Source of the DNA: Caecitellus pseudoparvulus
Lineage: Eukaryota > Protista > Bigyra: Bicosoecida
DNA length: 64,000 bases
Direction of reading: 5' to 3'
Assembly (NCBI GenBank): GCA_965644315.1
Contig: CBFFRQ010000028.1
Coordinates: 62,001-126,000 of the forward strand
The notes beneath the pieces are model-generated. The model worked only from the letters and a program-made list of their open reading frames with translations. It made no database searches and was not told the origin of the DNA. How positions within the stretch are numbered: position 1 is the stretch's first letter; every line of letters starts with the position of its first letter. This document shows positions 45,221 to 58,233 of the stretch, in pieces. The position numbers and the translations under genes are program-made.

Positions 45221-47674
45221 TCACGAGTACTCGTGCTGCTTCAGCCACGCCCGCAGCCGTGATGCCTCGCCTTCCAACTGCAGCAGGCGGCTCTCCAGGT
45301 CTGCTTTCTGGCGCCGCTCAGACATGGATCGCCCCATGCCTGGTCCAGTCTTCGCCAGCTCCTGCTTCACTCGATCGCGGGCCTGGTTCACGCTCAGCAG
45401 CTTGCTTTGCACGTCCCCCACTGCAGCGAGGTCAGCGCTCAACGATGCTTCTGTCGCGAAGGGAGCAGCTGCCGCGCGCAGTTTTACCGCAGCATTGGCG
45501 TGGTCTTTCGGGGACTGAGCCTGGTGTGGGGGGGCACCATGGCCACCGCCGGCGGCCCTGGCACGCGCCGCTGCAAACTGCGCCATGAGTTCAGAGGCGG
45601 CGGCATCGGGGGCGCTGGGCTGGGAGGCTGCGCTGGGGGCTTGCTGGTGCTGTGGCGCACTGGACACTCGGTACGTGGGCGGGGGAACTGCGCCTGTAGC
45701 CCCAGGGACGTACTGTGGTGTGGAGGCAGGCTGCTGCTGCTGCTGCTGTTGTGGGGCCCACCCAGCTGAATCCCGGCGCTGCGCCTCTGCGATGTCGGCC
45801 ATCATGTGCATGCGCCGCGCAGCCTCATCAGGTGCCAGCGTGCCTTGCTGCCTGGTCCGGGGAGGGGTGGAGTCCTGCACAGCGAAGTCTTGGGGCGAGG
45901 CCACGTCTGCGCTACGCCAGGGCTCAGGGTGGCCCATGGGGGGCCGCACCCCCTGCTCTGCGCCAGGTTCGTGGTGGGGGTACTGCGGGGCGGGGCGCGT
46001 AGGCGCCCACTGTGCCGCATGCACCCGTTCTGGCACAGGAGGAGGTGCAGGTGCCTGGTAGTCCTGGTGGCCACCGTGCCGCTGCCTCGTCTCGCCGGGG
46101 GATTCCTGCCCGCCCAGCGAGAAGCCGCTCGACATCTGCCGCCGGGCGTTGGCGGCACGGGCGTTTGCGTTGGCCTGCAGCATGCGTCGCTCAGCACCCT
46201 CCTCCGCAGGGACGGCCACCGCTGCGGGAGCTGGCGCATGCGGGGCAGGGGCTCGCACCGGGTCCTCCCGTTGGCGGTGTGCGCCGCTGGAAGGGGGCGG
46301 CCGCCGCCCCGCCCGCGCCACCTTCCCGCCCAGCTCACGGACTTGGTCTGCCAGCTCGTCCCGCTTGACGTGCATGTCTGCAAGGTCAGTCTGCGCCTTC
46401 TCCAAGGCCTGCTTCGCAGCGGCTGCCTCCGCCTCCACGGACCGCAAGCGGCCCTCGGCGATTTGCCGGGCGGAGGCCTCCCCCGCCAACTTGCGCTTCA
46501 AGTCAGCCACCGTCTCCTCCTCTGCGGCCAGAGCCAGCTCCAGCCGCGTCACCTCTGCACGTGCCTCTCGCAGCACAGCGCTGTCTGCGCCAGTGGATCG
46601 TGGTGGGGTGCGTGCCAGGCCTTGCCCGGACTGCATGCCGCCGGCGCTGCCGCCTCCACTGCCAGAGTCCAGGTCCACCACGACGCCCCCACGCTTGGGG
46701 CGTGCGGCGGGGGCAGGGGCAGCTGCCGCAGAGCTCTGCTGCACAGCCGCCAGCTCAGACTCCAACTCTGCGATGCGAGCGTAAGCTGCGTCGGCGTCAC
46801 GCGTCGCGGCGTCTGCGGCTTGGCGCGCCTGGGCCAAGGCTGCAGCGTCGGCCCCGCCCCCCGGCGACATGGCACGCTCTGGGGACTGCTGCAGCACGGA
46901 GATCAGCTGGTCCTTGCTCCGCATCTCATCCTGCAGCGACAGCACGCGCTCCCTGTGCTCCCGCTGTGTCTCCCGCATCTCCTCCTCAGCAGCCGCCAGC
47001 CGCCGGCGCAACACGGTGATGGTGGCACGGGCGTCGTCCCGCTCCTCCTGCGCCGCACGCAGCTGCTGCACTGCGACGGTGGACGGCGGAGCGCCGCCAT
47101 GCCGCCCTTGGGCGTGGTGCGCGCCAGCAGCAGAGCCCGGCGGCTGACGTGCCTGGGCCGCGTGCATGTGGGCAGGCGGCGGGGAGTCCGCCTGGAAAGG
47201 AAAGAAGAACTGCGTCGTGGCATTCAGCTTGCTGCGGGCAGCTTGGTTGGGCATGGCTGGTGCGTAGAACGCCTTGCTGGGCAGGGGGCGCTCCCCGTCC
47301 ACGGCCGGGTGGGCGGCCTGCGCTGGCTGGGGGCTGCGGCGCCTGCTGTGGGAACGCTTGCTCCGCCCACGTGCATGCTTCGAGGGCTCCCGCCGCCGCC
47401 GCCGCCTGGGCGACGGGGAAAACTCGACCAATGCACCATTTGCATCGTACCGAATGCCCCGCTCCGGCCGGGAGCGGCTGCGAGAGCGTGAGCGGCTGCG
47501 GGAGGAGGCGGAGCCAGAGGCATCCGACGAGCTGCCTGTGCCGCTGTGCGAGTATGAGGACCCCGAGTCGGAGTAGTACGTGCGGGACCCGGAAGAACCT
47601 GTAAATGACCCTGTGGAAGAGGAGTACCGCCGCCTGTGCCGACTGCTGTGTCCTCGACTCTCCCGGGAAGCCAT
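45221..47674 (-). CDS. Coiled-coil protein with Ser/Arg-rich N-terminus; C-terminus resembles MPHOSPH9/enkurin-type helical hairpin
   Basis: 817-aa ORF with heptad-rich segments. Tail 'LLSVNQARDRVKQELAK..GRSMSERRQKADLESRL..EASRLRAWLK'. Confidence 0.6.
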   Translation of the reverse strand: MASRESRGHSSRHRRRYSSSTGSFTGSSGSRTYYSDSGSSYSHSGTGSSSDASGSASSRSRSRSRSRSRPERGIRYDANGALVEFSPSPRRRRRREPSKHARGRSKRSHSRRRSPQPAQAAHPAVDGERPLPSKAFYAPAMPNQAARSKLNATTQFFFPFQADSPPPAHMHAAQARQPPGSAAGAHHAQGRHGGAPPSTVAVQQLRAAQEERDDARATITVLRRRLAAAEEEMRETQREHRERVLSLQDEMRSKDQLISVLQQSPERAMSPGGGADAAALAQARQAADAATRDADAAYARIAELESELAAVQQSSAAAAPAPAARPKRGGVVVDLDSGSGGGSAGGMQSGQGLARTPPRSTGADSAVLREARAEVTRLELALAAEEETVADLKRKLAGEASARQIAEGRLRSVEAEAAAAKQALEKAQTDLADMHVKRDELADQVRELGGKVARAGRRPPPSSGAHRQREDPVRAPAPHAPAPAAVAVPAEEGAERRMLQANANARAANARRQMSSGFSLGGQESPGETRQRHGGHQDYQAPAPPPVPERVHAAQWAPTRPAPQYPHHEPGAEQGVRPPMGHPEPWRSADVASPQDFAVQDSTPPRTRQQGTLAPDEAARRMHMMADIAEAQRRDSAGWAPQQQQQQQPASTPQYVPGATGAVPPPTYRVSSAPQHQQAPSAASQPSAPDAAASELMAQFAAARARAAGGGHGAPPHQAQSPKDHANAAVKLRAAAAPFATEASLSADLAAVGDVQSKLLSVNQARDRVKQELAKTGPGMGRSMSERRQKADLESRLLQLEGEASRLRAWLKQHEYS

Positions 47675-47785
47675 CGTGTGCCGCCGTTAGGGTTCGGCGA
47701 AACGCCGCTGCAACGCTCGGCAGGCTGCAGGCTGCACCCACTGCGCGCGACAGGGGAGGCTCGAGAGCGGCGCGGTGTGAATAAA

Positions 47786-50700
47786 TTAAATTGGTCTGGG
47801 CTGGCAAGGGTCGCAGTCACCCGCGTCCTCTTGCTCGTGCTCCCCCCCTTCCTCAGAGGGTGGGGCAGGGTGTGGCCCTTGCTCGTGCAAAGACGAGTTG
47901 ATCAGGCTCTGCACCGTGGGCAGGGAAGGGGACGGCGGCACGACTGAGTCAGTGCCAAAGAGCGCCGAGAAGATGCCTGTCCCCGTGTGCACCGGCTCAG
48001 GGTGCGGCGTGGCGGGGGGTGCCAGGGACCCGTCACACCCCATGGGCGTCGGGAAGTGCACGCGGTCCACAGCCAGTGCGCCCAAGCCAGGCGTTCGCGG
48101 CGAAGGCGGCGTGGACCACCACACCGGCCCTCGCGCCCTGCTAGGTTGGCAGGTCGCGTCAGAGGTCTGGCGCCCGCTCTCCAGGGGCGCCACCCCCTCC
48201 TCCCCCCCCGCACCACCAGCGGCAGCAGTGGTGAGACGCGGCGACAGCAGCACGCCATCGTCCTCCACCGGGCTGACGGGAGGCAGGCGCTCCACGGCAG
48301 GCGCGCCCACACTGCCCCCTGACGACGCACGGGGCCTGGCTGGGGAACTCACCAGGGTGAGCTTGGAGAAGCGATCGGCGAGGGGGGTGACGCCGCCCCC
48401 TGGCGTGGGCCCAGTGCGCAGGGCTCGGCCGGCTGGGGTCGTGCGTGCGTGGGCAGGCGTGCCGAGGACCAAGCCACCCTCTCGCACCGCCTCTTGCACC
48501 AGCTGCCGCTGCGTCGCGCGGGAGTCGCTGGCAGATGCAGGCGTGTGGCTACGGGGCGCGAGGGGGGGTGAGCGCAAGTCACTGCCCCCCTCGCTGGCGT
48601 TGTTGGCGGAGGGCGTCGCGGGGATGTCTCCCAGCAGCGGCGACGGCGCCACATCGTCATCCTCCGCCAGCAGTGCGTCAAGCACGGCCAAGGCCTGGGC
48701 ATCCTGAGGCGTGGGCGCCGAGGTGGGAGGCGGGGTGACTGTGCGAGCAGGGGTGGATGTGCTGGCGTCCACGCCTGCGAACGACAGCGCCACGGCCGTG
48801 CCTGGGGACGCGCCATCCCCGGAGGTGGGCCCACTTGACCCCACCAGGTCCAGCAGTGAGGTGGGGGCGGCGTCCTCCCCCCGCAGAGGACTGCCGCCCA
48901 CACGGGGCCGCGTCTGCTGCCGTTTGGAGGCAGACAGGTACAGCCTGGCACCCATGCGGCCTGGTGTGCCCTCCACCCCTCGGGGCCGGCGCTGGTAGGC
49001 GGAGCGCACGGCACGGCGGGCAGCGGGCGGCGGCGTGAGGGGCGTGGAGGCGCCCCCCCTGCCCAGCCAGGCAGCCACAGCCGCGTGCACTGCTGCTTGC
49101 AGGGAGTCGCGCTCACTGGGCGAGGACGCCAGGCCGCGCTGTGTGATGACGTCACAGGCAGCCTGCGCTGCTGCCGCGGCAGGGGACATGCCGGCGCCTG
49201 GCGAGGCACAGGCAGGAGACGGGGACACGGGCTGGGCGCACGCCTGTGCCTGTCCAGAGTGTGCAGGAGACGGCGAGGCTGAGGTGTGTGCGGGCAGGCG
49301 AGGGGGTGTGGCGAGGGTGGGCGCCACTGCCGTTGCAGGGGAGGATGGGACGGCAGGTGGGCGCACTGCTTCGTCCTCCGCCTCCACCGGCGTCGGTGCC
49401 GGTGCCAGGGCCACCCCCACAGCAAAGGCCTCTGGTCCCTGGGGGTGCAGCCACCAGGAGTCCTCCCCATGGGGTGTCTGCACGGAGGGGCCCTCCAGGA
49501 AGTGCTGTGCCCCCCCCCGCTGCGCCACCACGTCCCGCATGAACAGCTCCTCGTACTCCGCGAAGGACAGCACGCGACCACTGCCCTCCTGCACGTACTG
49601 GTACGTCTGCCCTGGTCGGCGCACCTTGACCGCGATGGCGCCCGTGACACGCCGCATACGTGCCTCCTCCGTCTTGCGGGCGAGTGACATGCTGGCCAGG
49701 CCCGGCTGCAGCTCCTGCAGGGTGCGTCGGTGGTCATCCGTCGTGCGGCGGGGCACGGGCCACTGCCCCACATCCACGGCAGAGTCAGGTGCCAGCAGGA
49801 CGAAGGGCGGAGGGGGTGCCTGGAGGGGATAGGCCCGCCCCCCACTGGCCGCCGTCAGCTGGTGCAGGCGCCCCAACAAGGCGTCCACCCGGTCCACGCT
49901 AGCCCATGGCGTGAGGCCGGCGTGGGGGTCACGGGGGTGCAGGCGGCAGGGCACGAGGGGGGCGGGGTCCCCCCCTTCAGGCAGCAGCGCATCCAGCACA
50001 GCCTGGGCACGGCAGGCAGCAGGGGGGGCAGGGCCATGCAGACGGGGGTCGTCGTCGGCCCCCTCGTCGTCGTGTGCGACCAGGAAGGCCGGCAGGACGA
50101 CGCGGGGGTCAGTGTCCCCTTCCGCGTCGCAAAAGAGGACACTGTCCAGCTCCACGGGGGAGTCTGCCAGCGCCTGCGCATCGGCCTGGGACGCCTGTGG
50201 TGCCAGCTCCCCCTCTTGCACATCTGGGCACTGGCGCAAGAGAGCCACGTCCACGAGCAGCGGCTGGCAGGCCGTGCCGAACCCCGGGATGGGAGACGCC
50301 ACCGGCACCCCCACATCCTGCAGCGTGGTGAGTGTGCCGCCAGCCCCCGCCCACGTGACGCGTGACACCGTCTGACTGGGCCCCGTGCCGTTAGTGGGCG
50401 CCGTCACCGCACAGGGGCTCGCTGCGCTGGCTGATGGCGTGGCGAAGACGGCGTGGGTGAGGTGTGGGACACGGTGGGGGGCCGACGCCGCCACGGCGTG
50501 GGTGGACCCCTCTTCCACCGCCATGGACATGGCTCGAGTCATGGCGTGCAGGCCCAGGTCAGGGGGGGGCGGAGCATCCACTTCAGACGACAGGGGGTGT
50601 GAAGGGGGCGTCCGCGCGTACGACAGCGCAGCCAGCTCCCGCACAAGTGCCAGCACCCCCATGCTGGCAACGGGCGGCAAGTCTGCCCGGCGCATGCCCC

Positions 50701-51600
50701 GCGTCTGCACGGCAGGGTGCTGGCGCACAGGGGCAGGCTCGGTGCCCTGTTTCTTGCTGTCCGCCTGGGCGTCGCCGGGTGAGGTGCCTGTTGGTGAGGC
50801 CGCCTGTTCCAGCGCCACGTCTGGCGACGCCACTTGGGCCACTGTGGGGGACAGCTTGCCCAGGCGCGTGCGAGGTGTGTCAGCCGGGACGGGCGGCTCC
50901 ACCGGGGGCACAGGTGTGGGGGCTGGGACGGGGGACGGCTCCTCAGCGCTGTGCAGGATGGTGGCGCCAGGGGAAGGCGGGTTCGGACTGGCGGCAGCCT
51001 GCGCCACCTGCCCTTGCACGAAGGTCGCCAGGGCGGGCATGTCCACGTCAGACCCAGGCGGCACGTGCAAGGATACGGCAACAGTATCGTCAGACGCCCA
51101 CTCCGCCTCGCAGTCCAGGGGCAGGGGCAGGTGCAGGCTCAGGCCAGTGCCGTCGCCAGCACCCTCTGCCACCGCAACGCCAGAAATGCCCGCGTATGGC
51201 AGGAAGAAGAAGGCAGGCTTCTTAGCACCGCTACCAGGCGCACATGTGAGCTTGCAAATGCACAGTAGTCCTTCTGCTGTTACCTTTACCTGGCCTTGCG
51301 CCGTGACTTCCTGTAGCCGAGCAGGGTGGTGGCGGAGTGCAGCCTCATAACGGACGCGTCGGCAGGCGTCGAGGGCGGTTGCCAGCCTGCAGTACGTACT
51401 GAGTTGACACTAAGGGTGATATCTTTGATATTGGCTCCCCAGTCTTCGTGCCAGCGCCGCAAATACGCCTTTTGCGCAGGCTCGCTCCACCGTTGGAGGA
51501 CTGCCGCGCGGGTGACTGTGGCTCGATTTCCGCAGCTCTCCCCAGCCGGGCAGTGCCGTTTGCTCGCTCCCTGCTCGCAGGCACCGCGGAGAAAGTGCAT
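47786..51600 (-). CDS. Hypothetical Pro/Ala/Ser-rich protein
   Basis: 1128-codon ORF plus probable upstream exons (GTAAAG donor near 51289). One ordered-looking patch, 'YQYVQEGSGRVLSFAEYEELF'. 5' end uncertain. Confidence 0.6.
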
Positions 51601-51911
51601 GCAGGGAAATGATACACGTCAGTACAACATGCCCACGGGGAATTCAACGCACCAGGAGAGGGGATGCGGCGTTCGTGGCAGCGCTGGTGCCCAACGCTTG
51701 CACGGCCGCCATGCTGCACTCAAAATGGCAAGGCAGGAACACGCGGCGAGGTTGCCTGGGGCATGTCTGGGCAGTGTGTGGAGACATGCAGTTTGTGAGC
51801 GCTTCTGGCTCGCATGGAAGTGCGCGCAGGCGGTGAATGCGGCTGGCGCGGTTCAAACGCGGGCGCCTTCGCCGCACACGTGCATTCACGGCAGCCTCAG
51901 TCCGAAGCCAC

Positions 51912-54167
51912 CTACGACGAAAAGCCAAAGCCTGAGAAGAAGCCCAGGCTGCCCTGCTCGTCAGCATCGTCCCCACCCTTCGCCGCGTCCCCCCACAGCA
52001 CATCCTCAGCCGCAAACCCCATGCCCAGGCTGCCCCGCTCATGACCCTCGCTGCTGGCGGCTGGTAAGGCAGCGTGCCCGCCGTGCGCGAAGCCATACGC
52101 CCGCCCTGAGTGAATGTCCTGCAGTAAACGGGCGTCTGCGTCGATGTGGTCCTCCTCAGTGGGGTGCTCCTCCCCCCCACCGCCCTCCGCCGGCGGGCTG
52201 CTGGCTTCGTGCTGGCCTAGACTCATGGCGTCCCACTCCTTGGGGCTGCCAAGATGCAGCGCATGGGAGGGCGATGGAGCCGGCGCACTGGCATCTAGCA
52301 CCCTCAACCTCTCCCCTGCTGCGGCTTCAGCAGGAAGGCGGGGCGTGGTCGGCGCCGAGGCCTCCTGGCCACCCCCCTCGCCGTCCACGGAACGCGGTGT
52401 GGCCGCCGACCCACCCGAGCTGAGACTGCCGCTCCCTGCCGCTCCCTGGCCATCTCCAGACACGTTCTGAGCTGCTGCCGCGGCGGCCGCGAACACCCCC
52501 GACACACCAGGCAGGCTGGGCAGGGATGCGGTGCTGGCGTTGGAGAGGCGGCGCGTGTGGGGTCCGCCTGCCACTGCACTGGCACGGGCATGGCCGGGCT
52601 GGTCTGAGAGGCCCCGCACATGGGAGGTGCTGGGGCTGTTGCTGCCTTGCGGGCAGCCGGAGGACCCACTGCCTGGGCAGCGCGTGCCGTCCACGGGGCT
52701 GAAGCAGCCGTCTGGCAGCGGGCTCATGGAGCGGGGGGAGAGTGAGGCACTGCTGTCCCCTGACGAGGCGAACTGCCGCAAGCTGGGCACCCGGATGCGT
52801 TCAAAGCCAGGCGGAATCCAGGTGGGCTTGGAGAACCACGGGTGCTGCAGCACGCGCGCCATGCATGGGCGCTCCTCAGGCCGCACTGCCAAGCACTCCT
52901 GCACGAGGTGCCGCAAGGCAGGGCTCATGGAGGCAGGCCAGGTCCACCTGGGCAGGGGGGCCTTCCACAGGGGAGAGGAAGGGTTGAACAGCTCATCCTG
53001 TGCGGCGTGCGCCTGCTGGGAGCGCAGGTATGCCCGGAAGCGGGTGGAGGAGATGTTTGCGGCAGAGAACGGCGTGCCTCCACAGCACGTCGCGTACAGC
53101 AGCATGCCGAAGCACCAGACGTCAGTGGCGAGCGCATTATACCCCGCCTCCTCCAGAGCTTCCCAGTTGAAGCTGCTGCGGGGCCAGAGCTCCTCGGCCT
53201 GGCGCCCGCCGTGGGACAGTGCGATGAGGCGAGACACCTCAGGTGCAGCATACCGAGCACTGCCACACGGCGCCCAGCCGCGCTGCCTCCAGCCGGCCGG
53301 GGCGCCCACCGGGAGGTGCTGTGCCGTTGACGCGGAGCCAAAGTCACACAGTTTGGCGAGGAATCCATGCCGCAGCGCGTCGTGCGTCTCCTTGGAGTCC
53401 ACCAGCGCACTGGCCTTGAGCGCTGAAGCCAGGGCTGACCGGGACTCCGCGCTGCCAGCAGGCGCCGTGGCTGACGGGTGCTGGCAGAGCAGGACATTCT
53501 CAGGCTTAATGTCCCTGTGTGCCACCCCACAGGAGTGCGAGTGGGAGACGGCGTGGGCGATTTGCAGCATCCACTCCCGTGCGCAGGAGCGCTCGCCCAG
53601 CGTGCGCCCCAGGCGCAGGCCGAGAGCGTCGTGCAAGTCCATCTCGGCACACTCAGTGAAGATCATGACAGCCCCATCTGCTGCACGCAGGATCCCATCC
53701 GTGTGCACGATGTGCGCGTGGCTGTTGCGCAGGCGCTTCAACTGCGGAGGCGCGGGCAGGTGGGGTGCACTGAAGCTGGCGTGGCATGATGTGCAGCTGC
53801 GCTCAGCAGCGCATCACAGGCACGCACTGCTCTGGTCTCGTTTCGGGCCGCTGCGCGCTGGTCCGGGGTGATAATCTTCACAGCAATGAACCGCCCTGAG
53901 ACAGAGTCATGCAGGCGCTTCACTGTGCCCTGCCCGCCCTTCTGCAGGTGTTCTGCGCCGTGCTTCAGCAGTGAGCCTGTGCAGCGGCAGCGTGGCAGGG
54001 CATGACGAGGAGTGTGACGCCATCAGCACACGCATCACATCCAGCGTCTCCTCGCAACACAGTGAAAACACCGAAACAGCCTGCACGCCTTACAACGTAC
54101 GCCAACGGAGGAGACTGTTGCTGTCTGCACTGCGGCTCTCAGCGGCTGGCAGGGGCGCAGCAGCCAT
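51912..54167 (-). CDS. Ser/Thr protein kinase (CAMK-group-like)
   Basis: 'QKGGQGTV', 'IAVKII', 'HRDIKPEN', 'LCDFG', 'CGSARYAAPE', 'DVWCFG', 'PEERP'. 5' exons approximate. Confidence 0.9.
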
Positions 54168-54432
54168 GCTGGTCAGCGGTGAGCCGGTGGCAGGCTGTGG
54201 GAGGGAGAGTGGATACTCGGCGCTAGTCCTGCAGCGCCCCCCCCTTCGGAGCAAGGCAAGAATACAGGAGGGCACTTCTCCGTTCAATTGCACTGGTTCC
54301 ATGCTGCGTTGGGGCACTGTGCACATCGCTGCTGTGAATTGAGCCGCCACGCGGCTTGGGCGCCTGGCTCTGCCCGAAGCCCCCCTGAGCCCCCCCGAGC
54401 CCCCCGCCGCGCCTTGCACCACGCCCGGCGCA

Positions 54433-55824
54433 TCATTGGCCCTCACCTGCCCCTTCCGCCAGGGCAGTCTGGACCTCTGCCCACCACTCAGGCAGCCCCC
54501 CCTCCTCCACCGCATCGTCCCACTCGTTGAAGGCCCGGCGAAACTCCTCCACGCTCACCTGGCCGTCCCCGTTAAAGTCGTAGCTGGTGGCGGCACGGTA
54601 CCAGCAGGCGTCAAAGACGTCGTCAGGCATCACAATGCCGGCGTTCGTGAACACGTCTCGGATCTCGCTCTGCCCCCGCACGGCCAGGAAGTCCTCGTCC
54701 GTGACGCCCCGCACCTCAAACGGCGCAGGGCACAGGCACTCGTATGCCGTGGGGTCACGCCCGCCCCTGTACCCCGCCGTGGGCTTTCCAAACACCATAC
54801 GTGGGTCCCGCACCTCGTTCCGGAAGCCCTTGTGCGTGGCTCGCCCCAAATCCGCGTCGGGCAGCTGCTCCTCCACACTGTAGTCGCCCACCAAGCAGTC
54901 CCCCGCCGTCACAGCCTGCGCGTCAGAGGGGCGGCCAAAGACAGACGGCAAGGACGCAATCGGCGCCGACCCTCGATACTTGCTCTTGCCCACCTCATCC
55001 CTGCGCCAGTGCTTGGCGTCCTCGCCACGCTTGGACACCACGCGGCTGGGGCGGGACGCGGTGGCATCCCGGGAGGGGTCCAGGCACGCCGCCATCTGGC
55101 CCTTCTCAGCGTGCTGCGCAGCCTTGCCGAAACGCATGGTGTCTGCGCCGGGAGGCGCGCGGTGGGCCCACTGCCGAGCGCCCACTGGTACCGTCCCGTG
55201 AGACTTGGCGTACATGCGCGCTTCAAGTTCGGGGTTGTCCAGCGCCTGCTCGGGCATGATGCTCTCTTTGGCTGTGGTGTTCTTTGCTGCGGTGGACACA
55301 CCGAATGCGCGCCCCTGCATATGTGCTGGGACTTCTGTGTGTGTGTACCCACGCCCCAGCGGCTCCCGCTTGGTGGTGCGGTAATTGGCTTCCCCGCGCT
55401 GGTCCTTGTACTCCTCCAGGCGGCCCTTGACTTGCTTCAGCGCCGCTGCAGTGCTCTCAGTCTCATCTTTCCCCAGTGCCCCATACGTCACATCTGCAGG
55501 AGCACCTTCGGTGCGCTGTGCAGGGCAGGTGCGAGGTAGGTGTGCGTGGAGAAAAGTCGCAAGCTTCAGCGTGGCTGAGCCAGGCACTGCCACGCCTAAC
55601 CCGCACGGCGCCCTGCTCGCCCAGGGCGCGTCAGTGCAAACATCACGCACCATGGGGCCCTGGGGGCGCACGCGCACTCCTGGCCGGGGGTCTGCCCGCC
55701 ACGCTCGCTGCTTCTCCGGTGTGCTGGCTCGCATGGTGGCGGTGAAGTCCAGGCAGCGGTCTGTGCCATCCTCCGTGCCAAACTGGCGCACACCTGCACG
55801 GCGCATGCTGGAGGCGTAGGCCAT
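54433..55824 (-). CDS. EFHB: EF-hand domain family member B-like ciliary protein
   Basis: 'Y...KREPLGRGY', 'FGVST', 'YAKSHG', 'DADLG', 'DFLAVR..EIRDVF..G', EF loop 'DFNGDGQVSVEEF'. Confidence 0.75.
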   Translation of the reverse strand: MAYASSMRRAGVRQFGTEDGTDRCLDFTATMRASTPEKQRAWRADPRPGVRVRPQGPMVRDVCTDAPWASRAPCGLGVAVPGSATLKLATFLHAHLPRTCPAQRTEGAPADVTYGALGKDETESTAAALKQVKGRLEEYKDQRGEANYRTTKREPLGRGYTHTEVPAHMQGRAFGVSTAAKNTTAKESIMPEQALDNPELEARMYAKSHGTVPVGARQWAHRAPPGADTMRFGKAAQHAEKGQMAACLDPSRDATASRPSRVVSKRGEDAKHWRRDEVGKSKYRGSAPIASLPSVFGRPSDAQAVTAGDCLVGDYSVEEQLPDADLGRATHKGFRNEVRDPRMVFGKPTAGYRGGRDPTAYECLCPAPFEVRGVTDEDFLAVRGQSEIRDVFTNAGIVMPDDVFDACWYRAATSYDFNGDGQVSVEEFRRAFNEWDDAVEEGGLPEWWAEVQTALAEGAGEGQ

Positions 55825-56029
55825 GCTTTCCCTCGGATCGGCCTGGCCGCTCGGTCCCTGCCTCGCGGGGATGGCCAGGCGCCGCAGCAACCACGGAAAA
55901 ACGCTCGCTGCACTCGGCGCTCAGATCGGCACACTGCACGAGTGTGGACAAGTTGCGAGCAGGTGCGCAGGGTATGGATGCAGAGGGCAACGTTCTATGG
56001 CTGTGAACAGTCTTGGCGGGTTTGCATTG

Positions 56030-58005
56030 TTACACCACGGCATATGCTACAAGCCCGCCGCCACCCTCCTGGCCCTCCTCCTCAGCGGCGGCACACGCCG
56101 CCTCATCCCCGCCCTCTGGCACCAAGAGCAGCGCTTGTGCCGGTACGCAAGCGCTGGCCATGTGTGGTTCGTGCCCTGCACCCTTGGCCGCGCCCGCTGG
56201 CAGCGCACACACCCACCCTCCAGCACAGCCAGCGCTGCCCACTTGCACCAGCCTCGCATGCCGCCCAACGTCCCAGCAGCCCAGACGCCGCACAGCCGGC
56301 ACCTCCCACACCTCCAACAGTCCGCGGCTGGGCGCATACAGCACTGCAGCCGTCACACACCGCCCCTTGCCGCCCCCCCCTGGCGCCGCGCCGTACTGCG
56401 GCAGCACCTGCCACGCCACCTGCGCCCCCCGAAACCCCTTCCACACGTGCAGCAAGCCCAGGTCATCCGTGCGCACGAGCAACACACGCCCAAAGGCGTC
56501 TCGTGTCAGCGCCAAGCGCCCTGAGGCGTCCACCGCCACGCCCTCCACTGCGCGTTCCATGTCGGGCAGCTGCTGGCACGGTTGTAGGTCACGAGGCACG
56601 GCGCTGCGCAGCTTGGCGGCTGCGTCGGCGTTGGCTTGTCGGATGGCAGCGGCAGGGTCCTGGGGTGCTTCCTGCCCGGTGGCCACCAGGCCCAAGCTGC
56701 TGGCCCAGGAGCCAAAGCCCAGGCTGCTGGCCACACTGCCGAGGGCCGATGAGTCAATACCGGCCACAGCTGAGGCGAGGATGTTGGAGACCCGCTCCGC
56801 CACTGCGCTGGTGAGGGCGGTGAGGGAGGGGGGGGCGCCCCCTCCGCCCCCCTGAGACATGGCCAGGCAGGGCGCCGAGCCACCCGTGAGCAGGGTGGTG
56901 GAGGGGGGTGGTGCTGCGCCACGCTGCCCCTCCCCGGCACAGGCCGCCGCCCAGGCGCCGTCGAAGAGCGCCACGGCAGCAGGGCGTGCCACAGCCAGGC
57001 AAGTGACGCTGCCTTGGCCGGCCATGCTCCACTTGGCAAAGGCAAGGGGGGGCGTGAGGGTGGCGTCCTCCCCTGCCGCTTGCAGCGAGGCAGCCTTGGT
57101 CACGGTGGCCAGCACGCTGTCCCAGGCGAAGCTGACTGCACGGCCACCATGCAGCAGGAGCCAGATGGACTGCAGGGTCTGCCTGCAGGGCGCCGGTTTG
57201 AACGCAGCAGGGGCCCAGGCAGCCGCGCCCGCCGGCGAGGTGGTCTCGCCACTGCCGTTGCAAGCCACTGACAGGCCAATGATGGGCAGCGTGCTCACAC
57301 GCTGCTTCAGGCGACACACGCCGTGGTCATGCACTGACAGCACGCCAGTGTCGTCGCCGAGGAACAGGTACCCAGCCACGAAGGCGGCGCAAGTGATGGT
57401 GGCACGCACTGGCGGCGGGGCCGTTGTCATGCCTTGTCCTACAGTGCGCGAAAGGAACCCTGCACTCCACGCCGCCCCCACTGCATCTACACGATGTATG
57501 TACAGGACTTCGTGCCCACTCCACAGGGCGAGGCTGCCGTCCGAGCTGAGGGGGGGGCACAGCGTGTCGAGGTGCGGCGAGCGAAACGGAGCCGAAACGC
57601 GGCATGCCTCGCGACTCACCCTGCCGCGCACCCGAACGTTCCACGCGAATGCGGGACAGAAAAGGCGTCTGCCAGTGTACTGGCATGTCCCAGGGTGGAC
57701 ACTGCATGGGGAGGGCGCACAGCGGCCGTGCACAGCTGAATGCCTTGCCGCATGCTGTGCCTGCTCGAGCTCGGTTCGTACATGAAGTGCTGTCCACGCC
57801 CCCTGCCTTCGCTGCCGGCCATTCTGGCAGGTGCACCCGGGCAACCCGCGACAGCATGTCGAGCAGTGCTTAATAGCTCAGGCACGCTTGCTACAGTGGC
57901 AGACAACTGCGCTGGCACTTGCACGCTCAGTGGTCGATCAATGCAACCAGGTTCGCCAGCGTCAGTGGGCGACCTCGCGAGGGCAGGACAAGTCACCCTG
58001 CACAT
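56030..58005 (-). CDS. RAB3GAP2: Rab3GAP non-catalytic subunit N-terminal domain protein (stand-alone)
   Basis: 'D..R....VDASGRLALTRDAFGRVLL..LHVWKGFRGAQVAW', 'VLYAPSRGLLEVW'. Multi-exon; the gene ends right after this domain. Confidence 0.8.
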
Positions 58006-58233
58006 CACTTCACACACGCCACACTTGAAGAATCGTCGTTTTGGGCCAACTGACAGCCTGCACGGTGCAGCGAGGGCGCCACCTCCTCCTTGCCCTGCGA
58101 TCGAAGGCCGTGAGTGGGGTGCTGTGCGAATTCCGCCCCGAGCTGCAGCACCTCTGCGCTTGCTGGTTGCGCGGCACACCCCGCACTCCGCGCTGCTGCA
58201 CCTTGCAGGGACCATACACTTGACACGTACCGG